A DNA stretch of 63,220 bases, the filler included, from Welwitschia mirabilis (Eukaryota): the NCBI GenBank assembly GCA_051453625.1. It is 3 parts of one record of this genome, joined end to end, with 100 filler letters (N's around TTAATTAATTAA, not from the genome) between each part and the next. Parts side by side here need not be neighbours in the genome. Positions count along the whole stretch, not along the records: positions 35,920 to 63,220 come from JBOZIK010000001.1; 2 more parts are not named here. The stretch is one strand, 5' to 3'. The notes beneath the pieces were generated by a model. The model searched no databases and was not told where the DNA came from. It saw only the letters and a list, made by a program, of their open reading frames with translations. Positions 38,901 to 51,205 of this stretch are shown piece by piece. Within the stretch, counting starts at the first letter, position 1. Each line of letters starts with the position of its first letter. A program made the position numbers and the translations under genes.

Positions 38901-41900
38901 GAAGTAAGGACCTGTGAAGCACGACCAAATAATTCCCCAATGAAGTTTCAATAGCTACCAACATTGTCAAAGGTTTCTTTTGAAAAAATTACCCTATTGC
39001 ATTAGGACATCATAGTGATCATGTATTTTTATTTAAACAAAAATACAATAGATCATGATCATTATTTTATTTTTCTTTTTTTCTTCCTTTTTTTAAAAGA
39101 AATAATTCCCACATTCAAATACTCAAAAATACAAGGGTAAATAAGTCAGATAAAAGATAAGAAAGAACACTTTAAAACAACCAAAGACCTCACACCATTA
39201 AAAAAAAAGCATAAGAATTAAAGTATATTACTTTAAAGTGGATTTCATAGACATGTAAATGTCTCAAAATTTAGTGGATTCAATCTTATTACTATAAAAT
39301 GCCCAATAATGAATTCTAGTTATGGGAACTTCATAAAGTAACACAAAAGTCAAGTTTAAAAGATGATTAAGTGACATCATAACATCCACCAAATGAATAA
39401 GCTAAGAAAGAATTTAGATAANNNNNNNNNNNNNNNNNNNNNNNNNNNNNNNNNNNNNNNNNNNNNNNNNNNNNNNNNNNNNNNNNNNNNNNNNNNNNNN
39501 NNNNNNNNNNNNNNNNNNNNNTTTTTAAAGGAATAATTAAAGACAAAGGTAAATAAGTCAAATAAAAGATAAGAAAGAACACTTTAAAACAACCAAAGAT
39601 CTCACACCATTGAAAAAAAAAAAAGCACAAGAATTAAAGTATATTCCTTTAAAGTGGATTTCATAGACATGTGAATGTCTTAAAATTGGGTGGATCCAAT
39701 CTTATCACTATAAAATGCCCAAGAATGAATACTAGTTATGGAAACTTCATAAAGCAATACAAAAGTCGAGTTTAAAAGATGATTAAGTGACATCATAACA
39801 TCCACCAAAGAAATAAGCTAATAAAGAATTTAGATAATGATAGGGTCACTAGAATGTACTCTCTCTATAAGATAAGGATCTAACCATTTAGAGGTCAACT
39901 TATTATTTAAAAAATATACTCTAGTATTGTATAAAAGGACAAGTAGACTAGGTTCAAACTTTTTGTGAAGTAACTTTCTATTATGTATGAACTTAGCGTG
40001 GGTTTTTGTGGATTAATTAATAATATATAGTATGAGTACATTTTTTTATCAAGGTGATCTATATAGGATAATTAATGTTTAAGATTTTTATAAAGATCCA
40101 CAAGAGTAATTTGACAAAAGACACAAAAAGAATTATAACATACATCATTAGGTAAAATACAAACTTTTTTGTCCATAAGTTCATAAGATGAAAAACCAAG
40201 AGAATTATGCCAATTAGTATGGTAAGCTCAAAGAACATCATTAAGCTTAGAAGCCCAAGATTTATTATTAATAGAGACAAGTTTTTATAACATTTCTATA
40301 ATTTGTCTATTTACATTTTTAGCTCAACCATTGTTTTGTGGATGATAAGCATAAGCTACTTTATGTTTAATTCCAATGAATAAAAGAAGTTTCCTAAAAA
40401 GTTAATTTATAAAATAAGTTTCTTAGTCACTAATGATAATCCTAGGAAAACCAAATCATTAAAAAATATAAGTTCTAAGAAAAGTACAAAGAGTTCAAGC
40501 ATAATTCAAAGAATTAGGAATAGCTTTAACCCATTTAGTCATGTAATTAATAATTTTTATTATTAAAAGGTGGATGAATAGGGCCTATAATATTAATTCC
40601 CCAATAATCAAAAGATTCACATTCAAGAATAGATTTAAGGAGCATCTATTGATCATAAATAAGTCTACCATAACGCTAACAAGGATCACACCTTTTAGTA
40701 AAATTAAAAGAATCCTGAAAAAGAGTAGGCCAATAAAAACTAGAGTGAAAAATTTTCATAGCTATTTTTTATCTACTAAAATAACTTCCACAAATAATAC
40801 CATGAAAAATATGAAGGATATTAGATTTTTCCCAATTAGACATACATTTTCGCATAATTTGGTCTTTATACCTATGATAAAGATGTGGCTCTCTCCATTT
40901 ATAGTTACCTATTCTATGAAGAAGGGATTTTCATTGATTATAAGTCCAATGTTATGGTGTTTTCATGGTAAAAAGATAATTAAAATTATCAGAATACCAA
41001 GGAGAAGGTTGAGCAAAAGATATAGCAAAAAGTTGTTCATTTNNNNNNNNNNNNNNNNNNNNNNNNNNNNNNNNNNNNNNNNNNNNNNNNNNNNNNNNNN
41101 NNNNNNNNNNNNNNNNNNNNNNNNNNNNNNNNNNNNNNTTGCACAAGGAGGACCTGTATAACCAATCTATCACTCAAATCTTTCTTAGTCATAATGTATT
41201 GAATTAGAGCATGGTCGATATAAACATTTATATGAAAGCCTACAAAATAATATCTATGAGTATTATGGTAAAAGATAATTACTAACATTCCTTTTTCTAT
41301 ATTAGTATAATTCATTTGAGTTCTAAACAAAATTTTACTATGATAAGATATAACTTTAAAATCATTGTTATATTCTTGATAAATTACCCCACCCATGGTA
41401 AAATTACTAGAATCATACATTAATTCAAAATCTTTTTCCCAATTGGATCCCATTACAATAGGAGCATAAGAAAGTTTATGTTTAAGTTTATCGAAAACAA
41501 GCTAATAAGATTCATTCCAATTAACTTTAGCTTCTTTTTCTAGTAATGAGTGAAGGGGTTTACAAATTTTTGCATAATCCTAAATAAACTAATGTAAAAA
41601 CCACAATGACTAAGAAAGAATCGAACTTTTTTTACATTAGTTAAAGGAGTTATGTTTTGAATGATATCAACCTTTTCAAGGTCTATTTTAATCTCTTTTT
41701 TTGAAATATGGTGACCTAAAATAATTCTAGTCTCAACTAAAAATAAACTTTTCTTCCAACTCAAAGGTAGGCTATTAGACATGCATTTATCAAGGACTTT
41801 TTGTAGTCTTTCTAAGATTTATTCAAAATTTTTAGCATAATAGAGAAGTCATCCATGAAAATTTCTATCAAATTCTCTAACATATTAAAAANNNNNNNNN

Positions 41901-44390
41901 NNNNNNNNNNNNNNNNNNNNNNNNNNNNNNNNNNNNNNNNNNNNNNNNNNNNNNNNNNNNNNNNNNNNNNNNNNNNNNNNNNNNNNNNNNNGCATAATAG
42001 AGAAGTCATCCATGAAAATTTCTATCAAATTCTCTAAAATATTAAAAAAAAAAAAAAAAAGAAACCCATCATCACATGCTGAAAGTACCAGAAGCATTGC
42101 AAAGTTTAAAAGGCATGCGTCAAAAATCAAAAGTATTAAAAGGTGAAGGGAAAATAGTTTTATCCTAATCCTTACTAGCAACACAAAGCTAATTATAACA
42201 ACTATATTCATTAAGAAAATAATAAAATACAGGTCCTTGAATTCTATCGAGTTTCTGACCAAGAAAAGGCAAAGGACAATGGTTTTTTTTAGTTACTTTA
42301 TTTAATTTGTTGAAATTAATTCACATTCTTCATTTTTTACCTTTATTAGGTACTACCATCAAAGGACTCATCCACTTACCATTAGCTATTGTATAAATGA
42401 TTCCAACATCCATTAATTTAATGATTTCATCTTTAACAACTTAAGGTTTGGATCAAGTCTACATTAGGGTTGCCTAATAGGTTTTTCATTATTCTCAAGG
42501 TAGATTTTATGTTGAATAATTAAGACAGGAATGACTATCAAATCTTTATAAAATCAAGTAAACACATTTACCTTAGATCACAAAANNNNNNNNNNNNNNN
42601 NNNNNNNNNNNNNNNNNNNNNNNNNNNNNNNNNNNNNNNNNNNNNNNNNNNNNNNNNNNNNNNNNNNNNNNNNNNNNNNNNNNNNCGAATCCTCTAACAT
42701 ATTTATAAAAAAAAAAAAAAAAACCATCATCACATGCTAAAAGTACTAGAAGCATTGAAAAGTTTAAAAGGCATGCATCAAAAATCAAAAGTATTAAAAG
42801 GTGAAGTGAAAATAGTTTTATCCTAATCCTTACTAGCAATATAAAGCTAATTATAACCACTATATTCATCAAGAAAATAATAAAATAAATGTCCTTGAAT
42901 TCTATCAAGTATTTGACCAAGAAAAGGTAAAGAACAATGGGTTTTTTTAGTTACTTTATTTATTTTTTTGAAGTCAATTCACATTCTTCATTTTTCACCT
43001 TTCTTAAGTACTACCATTAAAGGGCTTGTCCACTCATCATTAGCTATTATATAAATGATTCCAACATTCATTAATTTAATGATTTCATCTTTAATAACTT
43101 AAAGGATAGATTAAGTCTAAATTAGGGTTCCCTAATAGGTTTTTCATTATTCTCAAGGTAGATTCTATGTTGAATAATCAAGATAGGAATGGCTATCAAA
43201 TCTTTATAAAATCAAGTAAACACATTTACCTTAGATTATAAAAGTAAGATTAAGCATGATTATTATTAAGGAAAAAGATTTTTGATAATTATTAAAAGTT
43301 TATTCTAATCATTTCACAAAAAGATATATTTTAGTTCACTAGGTAAAGGTTTCATATTTAGATTTAAATTTAGATTTTTATTTTCTATTAAATTTTTAGA
43401 AAAATTCACTGTCGTCTTAGACTATCATCTAGATGTCAGTAGTAAATGCTTATCCTCAAAATAAGAAATCTCAGTTTTTCTTAAACCTCAAACTTCTACA
43501 TATTTGATAGATTTAGTCTTTCTACTTTCCATATTAAAATAACCAATTTCTAAATGGATAAAATCAAGTTGATCTTCATCAAAAGCTTTCAAGTTGTTTA
43601 CTTTAAGTTGATCATCAAACAAAGTTAACTCATGAAGCATTAATTATCTTTCTTCAAGTGGATAACATTGTAGAAATAAACTTGGTTTAATCTCTTCTTC
43701 CACACTCATATTCTCATCTAAATCTTTTTTAACAGCATCAAATACTCTTATTGTGAACTTCTTATTTCCTAAATGATACTTTATCGTTTCTGTTCTGGTA
43801 TCTATAATATAATGGACTGTTTCATAAAAATATCTACCTAAATATAATGGATAGCCATCATTATGTTTAACTTCTATCATAACCACATTAATAGGATATA
43901 ATTCTTATTTAATTTATATCACTAAATTCTTAATCATTCTTAAACATTTTTTAATTGATGTATTTGCTAATTCTAAGTTAATCCTTATAGGCCTTATTCT
44001 ACTTTCTAACCTAAGTTATTGATAAATGTGTAAGGGCATAATGTTGATAATAGCTCCTACATTAATCAAGGCTTTATTTATTCTTTTGTTTTCTTCCAAA
44101 GTGACACTAATAGTTGCTACCCCTGAATTTTTAAATTTTGGACATTTCTATAAAACTAAGTTGATAATGGATTGAGCTAGGAAGACTTTGCTAGGGATAG
44201 TTCATTTTTATTTCCTTCTTATCATATCTTTCCACAACTTAGAATATTTAGGATTCTCTTACAAAAGTTTCTAAAATGGTAAATTGATACTTACCTTTTA
44301 CATTAATACTTTAAGATATTTATCAAATGTTATATTAGTGTTTAATCTATCAACCCAAAGGGGTAGTAGGTTTCTTACCTTTTTCATGAG

Positions 44391-44460
44391 AAGAATTTTC
44401 CTTTTTATTACTTAAAGGAAAAGGGAAGAATTTTCCTTTTTATTACTTAAAGGAAAAGGG
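44391..44460. repeat. Exact 35-bp tandem duplication inside Athila gag
   Basis: AAGAATTTTCCTTTTTATTACTTAAAGGAAAAGGG occurs twice (44391-44425 and 44426-44460). Confidence 0.9.
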
Positions 44461-45984
44461 AAAAGATGATTTTCTAAGATTTTTATAACCTTTTCTTTCT
44501 TATCATTTTTATCACTTTAAGATGTTGAAGCCTCATGGGTAGGAGTTATTATCTAATTTTCACTTCTTCTTATAATCTTATAATCTTTCTTAACTTTATT
44601 TGGGTTTGGTAGAGGTTGTATGGTAAGTAACCCTTGTGTTCTTTGATTAGCAAGCATAATTTATTGCAAAATGCTCACAAGATTTTTAATGTTGGAGTTT
44701 ATTATTTTTTGGATTTTTCTCAACTCATCAATGGAATTTTTAAGTGAATCACCTTGATTTTGTGAGTTGGATGAGCTTATTTGATTATTAGATTTATTTG
44801 ATTAGAAATTTGTATTCTCAAATATTTTTTTAAATGGTTGAAAATTAGGATAATTTATTTGAAAATTTTTGAAATTGGGTTGTCCATTTATTCTAGATTG
44901 ATAATTATTTTGATTTTGAATTTTACTTTTGTTTTAGTTTTGATTAACGTTTGAAGATCTTGATTAAAAGCACACACTTATTTATCAATTCTTTCTTTAT
45001 ATGTTAGCAACAAAAGACAAATCTTTCATTATATGACAATTGTCTTCACATAAATCACAAGTTGGAGCTACAACCACACTCTTTTTTGTTGCCACCTTTA
45101 CATCTAAGATCACCTAAGTGTATCTCTATAAAGTTGAGGTGAAATCCTTAATGACATTAGTTGGTTTTTATTAATTCTTACTTTTTCCCTCTCTTCATTA
45201 ACCTCCTTAAGATCTTTAATGATTTAACTTACTATTTGATTTTCTCTAGGTGATGGTTTAGGTCAAATTTGACTCAATTGTAATAACTCTTCCAATACTA
45301 TTAAGCATTTTATAATGTAAGGTTCATCAAATTGCTCCACATGAAAAGTTAACAAGTCACTTAATTTGACTATTGAGTTTACTATAAAAGTAGTCTATAG
45401 TATTTCTTAAGTAAAGGCATCTATGGGGTTTGAACATAAAGCACTAAAAAATTTCTTATAGGTAGAGGAATAATATTTATTAGGTGTTGTTAGAAGTTAG
45501 TTACTTCTTTCTTACATTTTCTTATGGTTGTTTCACTCATGAATATGTTAATAAAAGCTTCTTAAACTTGATTGCATGTTTTTAGACTCTTATAGGGAAT
45601 CATTCTTAACCAAAGTTTAGCTTTTTCTTTTAAAGTAATGGTAAAAATTACCATGTAATTTCTATCACTTTTTTTTCCTTACTATTTCTAAATGTAAGAA
45701 CTAACTGTTTGATGTCGTCAATATGTTGTAAAGGATATTCATCGTGTTCACCACTAAAAATGGGATAAGCATTTAAATTCTTAAGTTTAACATCATTACT
45801 AGGAGGTAAATCAAAAGGGGTTTGATTTCTATGTTTTTTATTAGCTATAATCTCTCTAAGAATGATATTGATATCAGGATTTATNNNNNNNNNNNNNNNN
45901 NNNNNNNNNNNNNNNNNNNNNNNNNNNNNNNNNNNNNNNNNNNNNNNNNNNNNNNNNNNNNNNNNNNNNNNNNNNNNNNNNNNN

Positions 45985-48900
45985 ATTATTCGTAGGAAAA
46001 ACACGATGAAATATAATTCAATATAACATATTATAATATAACAATGTCATATAGTATATTATAATATAATGAAATAAAATAAAACATAATAAAATGAATA
46101 TGATTTTGCATTCTCTATAGTACAATTGCCATTAGAATTACATTCTCAAGGCCAAGCCAAAATCTCTCTCCGAATCCTTGAGCCACTCACAAGTAGAATA
46201 TGAACTTTGTTAAATATGATTGACATATATAAGAAAACCTTCACTATTAATGGTCATAAAAAGAATCCAAAGTAAAAGGATAAAATATTAAGCACTATAA
46301 TTTATGACTAATATTCAATATAAGGGCCTAAAATGATAATGTAAATCATTTATCATGTTAGGGCATGAGGTGTAAGTGTCACATATATAAAAAAAAAGGG
46401 GTAGCCTAGTCCTATACACAATATGGACCATTATAAGACTATCAAATAAAATAATTAAGAGGGTTATATAGGAGAGTTAAATAATAATGACTAATCGCTA
46501 TGAGCACCACTAGAAAAAATGATTTGGAGAGTTAACATGAGTGGGTTTTTTTTTTTTTAAATGTTACTTAACTATCGTTATCATTAAAAGTATTTATACT
46601 TCTATTTAATTTATATATCATTTGAATTACCCTTTATATATATATACATATAAATATTCCCTTGATTCCTTCCCTTCCTATTGTAAACCATATTTACTAT
46701 ATCATATTATATGAATATAAATTTTGTCTAAAATTAATGAAATTAACAAAGATGCTAATGCCATCCTTAAATTTTTAATCTCTAACAAAACTAGAGTGAG
46801 GCACTTATCAAAAATACTTCGCATGGGATCCATGTACTAATAAACAGCGGTGCTCTCAAATTTGCCTAGGAAATACATTTTCTACTATCGGCCTCCTCAG
46901 ACGTTGGTGCTATAAGAGAGTCTCCCAAAACCTCTAACTTATACCTTCTGTTAAATGCATTGTAGGAGTAGACTCCTTTTTTTTTTATCCCCAAAAGGAA
47001 AAACCCGACGTTCTTGAACAGATGGCTGGACACACAAGATTTTCACTTTGCTCCTATAGTTGCATCGTTTGCATTCCTACGCGTAGCTCCATTTATAGTC
47101 ATGCCCACACGTGAAGCAACGTGCATGTTCTAGCACAAGTTTTCTTCTTCCGTGGATTCTTCTTTCACATGTTTTCCTATGCCGGCTTCCCTCCTTTTTC
47201 CAGACGCTTCTTTGAAGCACTTTCACCGTGTTTTGATGCCTTCCCTATTTTCTAGAGTATCCTCTCTCTCAGTTTTGCTGTGCTTTCTCTTTGATCCTAT
47301 TTGCGTCATTTCCCTCTTCCTCTTTTATGCTTTTCTTGTTGTTTTTGATCTTTCCTTCTGCAACTTTGCTGCATTCCCTTCTCCCATCTGCTTTTAAGGC
47401 CTTCTCCCATCCTCTCTTGCTGCTTTCTCTACCACTTTTGCAACCTTTTTTCTCTTTCTTTTTTCTTTTTTGTCGCATCCTTCCCTTTTTTTTCCGCTTC
47501 GGTTCTCTGGCCGGTGCCTCTTATATGAACACCACCACTCCCGATTGAAGCGCTACCTTGTTTTACTATGCTATCTGAATCGTTGACTCAGCCTCTCCTG
47601 TGGATGCTTTACCTCACAGGAGTCCTTCCTCCGTGTGGTTTTGCTTCGGCGCTGCAATTTTCTCCTATGTTCTTCCCGCTGGTGGTTCTATTACCCTTGG
47701 AATGCTGGCGAACGTCCCCTGATGTACCAATCCATTTTCTATTTTCTTCTATTCTTCTAGTGGTGTTTTCTTTTAATTGCTTCTTTGCCCCATAGCTCTT
47801 GACTGCCACCTCTCCACCACTGGCTCTCCGCTTGTTGGAGTTCTTCCTTGTTATCTCCCTGTCCATCACCAATGCTTCTAGTGCCATGAGTTATCCGTCT
47901 GAGTCCAGCCACCGGTGAGTGGCCTAAGGCAGCTGAAATTTTGANNNNNNNNNNNNNNNNNNNNNNNNNNNNNNNNNNNNNNNNNNNNNNNNNNNNNNNN
48001 NNNNNNNNNNNNNNNNNNNNNNNNNNNNNNNNNNNNNNNNNNNNCTCTTTCCTTCTGCAACTTTGCTGCATCCCCTTCTCCCATCTGCTTTTAAGGCCTT
48101 CTCCCATCCTCTCTTGTTGCTTCCTCTACCACTTTTGCAACCTTTTTTCTCTTTCTCTTTTCTTTTCTGTCGCATCCTTCCCTTTTTTTTCCGCTTCGGT
48201 TCTCTGGTCGGTGCCTCTTGTATGAACACCACCACTCCCGATTGAAGCGCTACCCTATTTCACTATGCTATCTGAATCATTGACTCAGCCTCTCCTGTGG
48301 ACGCTTTACCTCACAGGAGTCCTTTCTCAGTGTTGTTTTGCTTCTGAGCTACAATTTGCTCCTATGTTTTTCCTGTTGGTGGTTCTATTACCCTTGGACT
48401 ACTGGTGAACGTCCCCTGATGCACCAGTCCATTTTCTATTTTCTTCTATTCTTCTGGTGGCATTTTCTTTTAATTGCTCCTTTGCCCCATAGCTCTTGAC
48501 TGCCACCTCTCCACCACTGGCTCTCCGCTCGTTGGAGTTCTTCCTTGTTATCTCCCTGTCCATCGCCAATGCTTCTAGTGCCATGAGTTATCCGTCTGAG
48601 TCCAGCCACCGGTGAGTGGCCTAAGGCAGCTAAAATTTTGGAAAAGAAAAATAATGCCCAGCGGAGAGTTCGAGTGGTCTACTGTTTTTGGCCTGCCAAC
48701 TCCAACCACCCTCACCAATAACCTAATAAGCCTTTAAGGAAAACTTAATGCCTCTGAATTTCCATCACACAAATTTAATTGGGTCTGAAAAAAGCATTAA
48801 GTAATTTGGGCTGTTACATTCTCCCCCCTTGAGAGGTTTCTGCCCTCAAAAACTTCTTAAAGCATTATTAGTTTCATAATAACCATTAACAAATTAGTTA

Positions 48901-51205
48901 AGAAATGGATCCAAACTTGGCTCTGATAGCAACTGTCATAACCCGTACCTAGGTTGGACTTAAGAAGCACATAAAATAGGGTAAATTTTTTTTCCTAAAT
49001 TAAACTTAAATAAAGTAAACTTATAAAATACAATTAAATATTGCAGCAGATTAATTAGTTGAAGCGAGATAATCACCTCTCAATTACCTACAGGATACAC
49101 CTTAAGAGAACTATATGAAGATAGCTCACCTAATTAGTAGCANNNNNNNNNNNNNNNNNNNNNNNNNNNNNNNNNNNNNNNNNNNNNNNNNNNNNNNNNN
49201 NNNNNNNNNNNNNNNNNNNNNNNNNNNNNNNNNNNNNNNNNNCCTTTGCGTGATTCCCCTCTTCCTCTTTTGTGCTTTTCTTGTTGTTTTTAATCTCTCC
49301 TTCTGCAGCTTTGCTGCGTCCCCTTCTCCCATCTGGTTTTAAGGCCTTCTCCCATGGTCTCTTGCTGCTTCCTCTACAGCTTTTGCAACCCTTTGTCTCT
49401 TTCTCTTTTCTTTTCTGCCGCATTCCTTCCCCTTTTTTTTTCCGCTTCGGTTCTCTGGCCGGTGCCTCTTGTATGAACGCCAACACTCCCGATTGAAGCG
49501 CTACCCTGTTTCACTGTGCTGGCTGAATCGCTGACTCAGCCTCTCCTGTGGACGCTTTACCTCACAGGAGTCCTTCCTCAGCGTTGTTTTGCTTCTGAGC
49601 TGCAGTTTGCTCCTATGTTCTTCCCGCTGGTGGTTCTGTTACCTTTGACTGCTGGCGAACGTCCCCTAATGCGCCAGTCCGCTTTCTGTTTACTGCTATT
49701 CTTCTGGTGGCGCTTTCTTTTAATTGCTCCTTTGCCCCGTAGCTCTTGACTGCCACCTCTCCACCGCTGGCTCTCCCCTCGTTGGAGTTCTCCCTTGTTG
49801 TCTCCCTGTCCATCGCCAATGCTCCCAGTGCCATGAGTTATCCGTCTAAGTCCAACCATCGGTGAGTGGCCTGAGGCGGCTGAAATTTTAGAAAAGAAAA
49901 ACAATGCCCTGCGGAGAGTTCGAGTGGTCTACTGTTTTTGGCCTGCCAACTTCAACCACCCTCACCAATAACCTAATGAGCCTTTAAGGAAAACTTAATG
50001 CCTCTGACTTTCCATCACACAAATTTAATTGGGTCTGATAAAAGCATCAAGTAATTTGGGCTATTACATTCTCTCCCCCTTGAGAGGTTTCCGTCCTCAG
50101 AAACTTCTTAAGCCATTATTAGCTTCATAATAACCATGGCTCTAATACCAACTGTCACAACCCGTACTTGGGTTGGACTTAGGAAGCACATATAATAAGG
50201 TAATTTTTTTTTTTTTTGCCTAAATTAAACTTAAACAAAGTTAACTTACAAGAAACGATTAAACATTGCAATGGATCAATTAGTTAAAGACTAAGATAAT
50301 CATCTCAATTACCCACAGGGTACACCTCAGGAGAACTATATGAAGATAGCNNNNNNNNNNNNNNNNNNNNNNNNNNNNNNNNNNNNNNNNNNNNNNNNNN
50401 NNNNNNNNNNNNNNNNNNNNNNNNNNNNNNNNNNNNNNNNNNNNNNNNNNTGCGTCCCCTTCTCCCATCTGCTTTTAAGGCCTTCTCCCATCCTTTCTTG
50501 CTGCTTCCTCTACTGCTTTTGCAACCTTTTGTCTCTTTCTCTTTTCTTTTCTGCTGCATTCCTTCCCTTTATTTTTTTCCACTTCGGTTCTCTGGCTGGT
50601 GCCTCTTGTATGAATGCCACCACTCTCGATTGAAGCGCTACCCTATTTCACTGTGCTGACTAAATTGTTGACTCAGCCTCTCCTGTGGACGCTTTACCTC
50701 ACAGGAGTTCTTCCTCGGCTTGTTTTGCTTCTGAGCTGTAATTTGCTCCTATTTTCTTCCTACTGGTGGTTCTGTTACCCTTGGACTGCTAGCAAACGTT
50801 CCCTGATGCACCAGTTCGCTTTCTGTTTTCTGCTATTCTTCTGGTGGCATTTTCTTTTAATTGCTCCTTTACCCCATAGCTCTTGACTGCCACCTCTCCA
50901 CCACTGTCTCTTCCCTCATTAGAGTTTTCCCTTGTTGTCTCCCTGTCCATCGCTAATGCTCCTAGTGCCATGAGTTATCCGTTTGAGTCCAGCCACTGGT
51001 GAGTGGCCTGAGGCAGCTGAAATTTTGGAAAAGAAAAACAATGCCCAGCGGAGAGTTTGAGTGATCTACTTTTTTTGGCCTGCCAACTCCAACCACCCTC
51101 ACTAATAACCTAATGAGCCTTTAAGGAAAACTGAATTCCTCTGACTTTCCATCACACAAATTTAATTGGGTCTGACAAAAGCATCAAGTAATTTGGGCTG
51201 TTATA
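45985..51205 (-). mobile_element. Non-autonomous gypsy-derived element or array: long LTRs separated by 84-115 bp internals containing only a PBS(Met) and a PPT
   Basis: Four homologous LTR segments (about 47290-47944, 48046-48818, 49243-50068, 50451-51205). Internal 1 is 48819-48933 (PPT TTCTCCCCCCTT at 48819-48830, PBS GGCTCTGATAGCA at 48919-48931). Internal 2 is 50069-50152 (PBS GGCTCTAATACCA at 50138-50150). LTR termini read TGTAACAGCCC...GGGTTGTGACA on the minus strand. The left boundary is uncertain. Confidence 0.8.

Larger units (their letters stand above)
31660..45884 (-). mobile_element. Second Athila-like element of the same family in opposite orientation, including an ORF2/env-like remnant (about 33530-36700) and 3' LTR sequence
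   Basis: Minus strand: gag (ORF 45648-46004), protease ALINVGAIINIMP at about 44030-44070, RT IEIFMDDFS at about 41840-41880, RNase H ORF 41037-41453, integrase to about 39850, and an extra ORF with ...KEFYN at about 36375. The LTR terminus at 34812 is the reverse complement of the LTR end at 20210-20270. Confidence 0.8.

Noticed and set aside
40574..41161. 195-aa plus-strand ORF
   Set aside because: Antisense to the Athila integrase/RNase H region and partly spans a gap.
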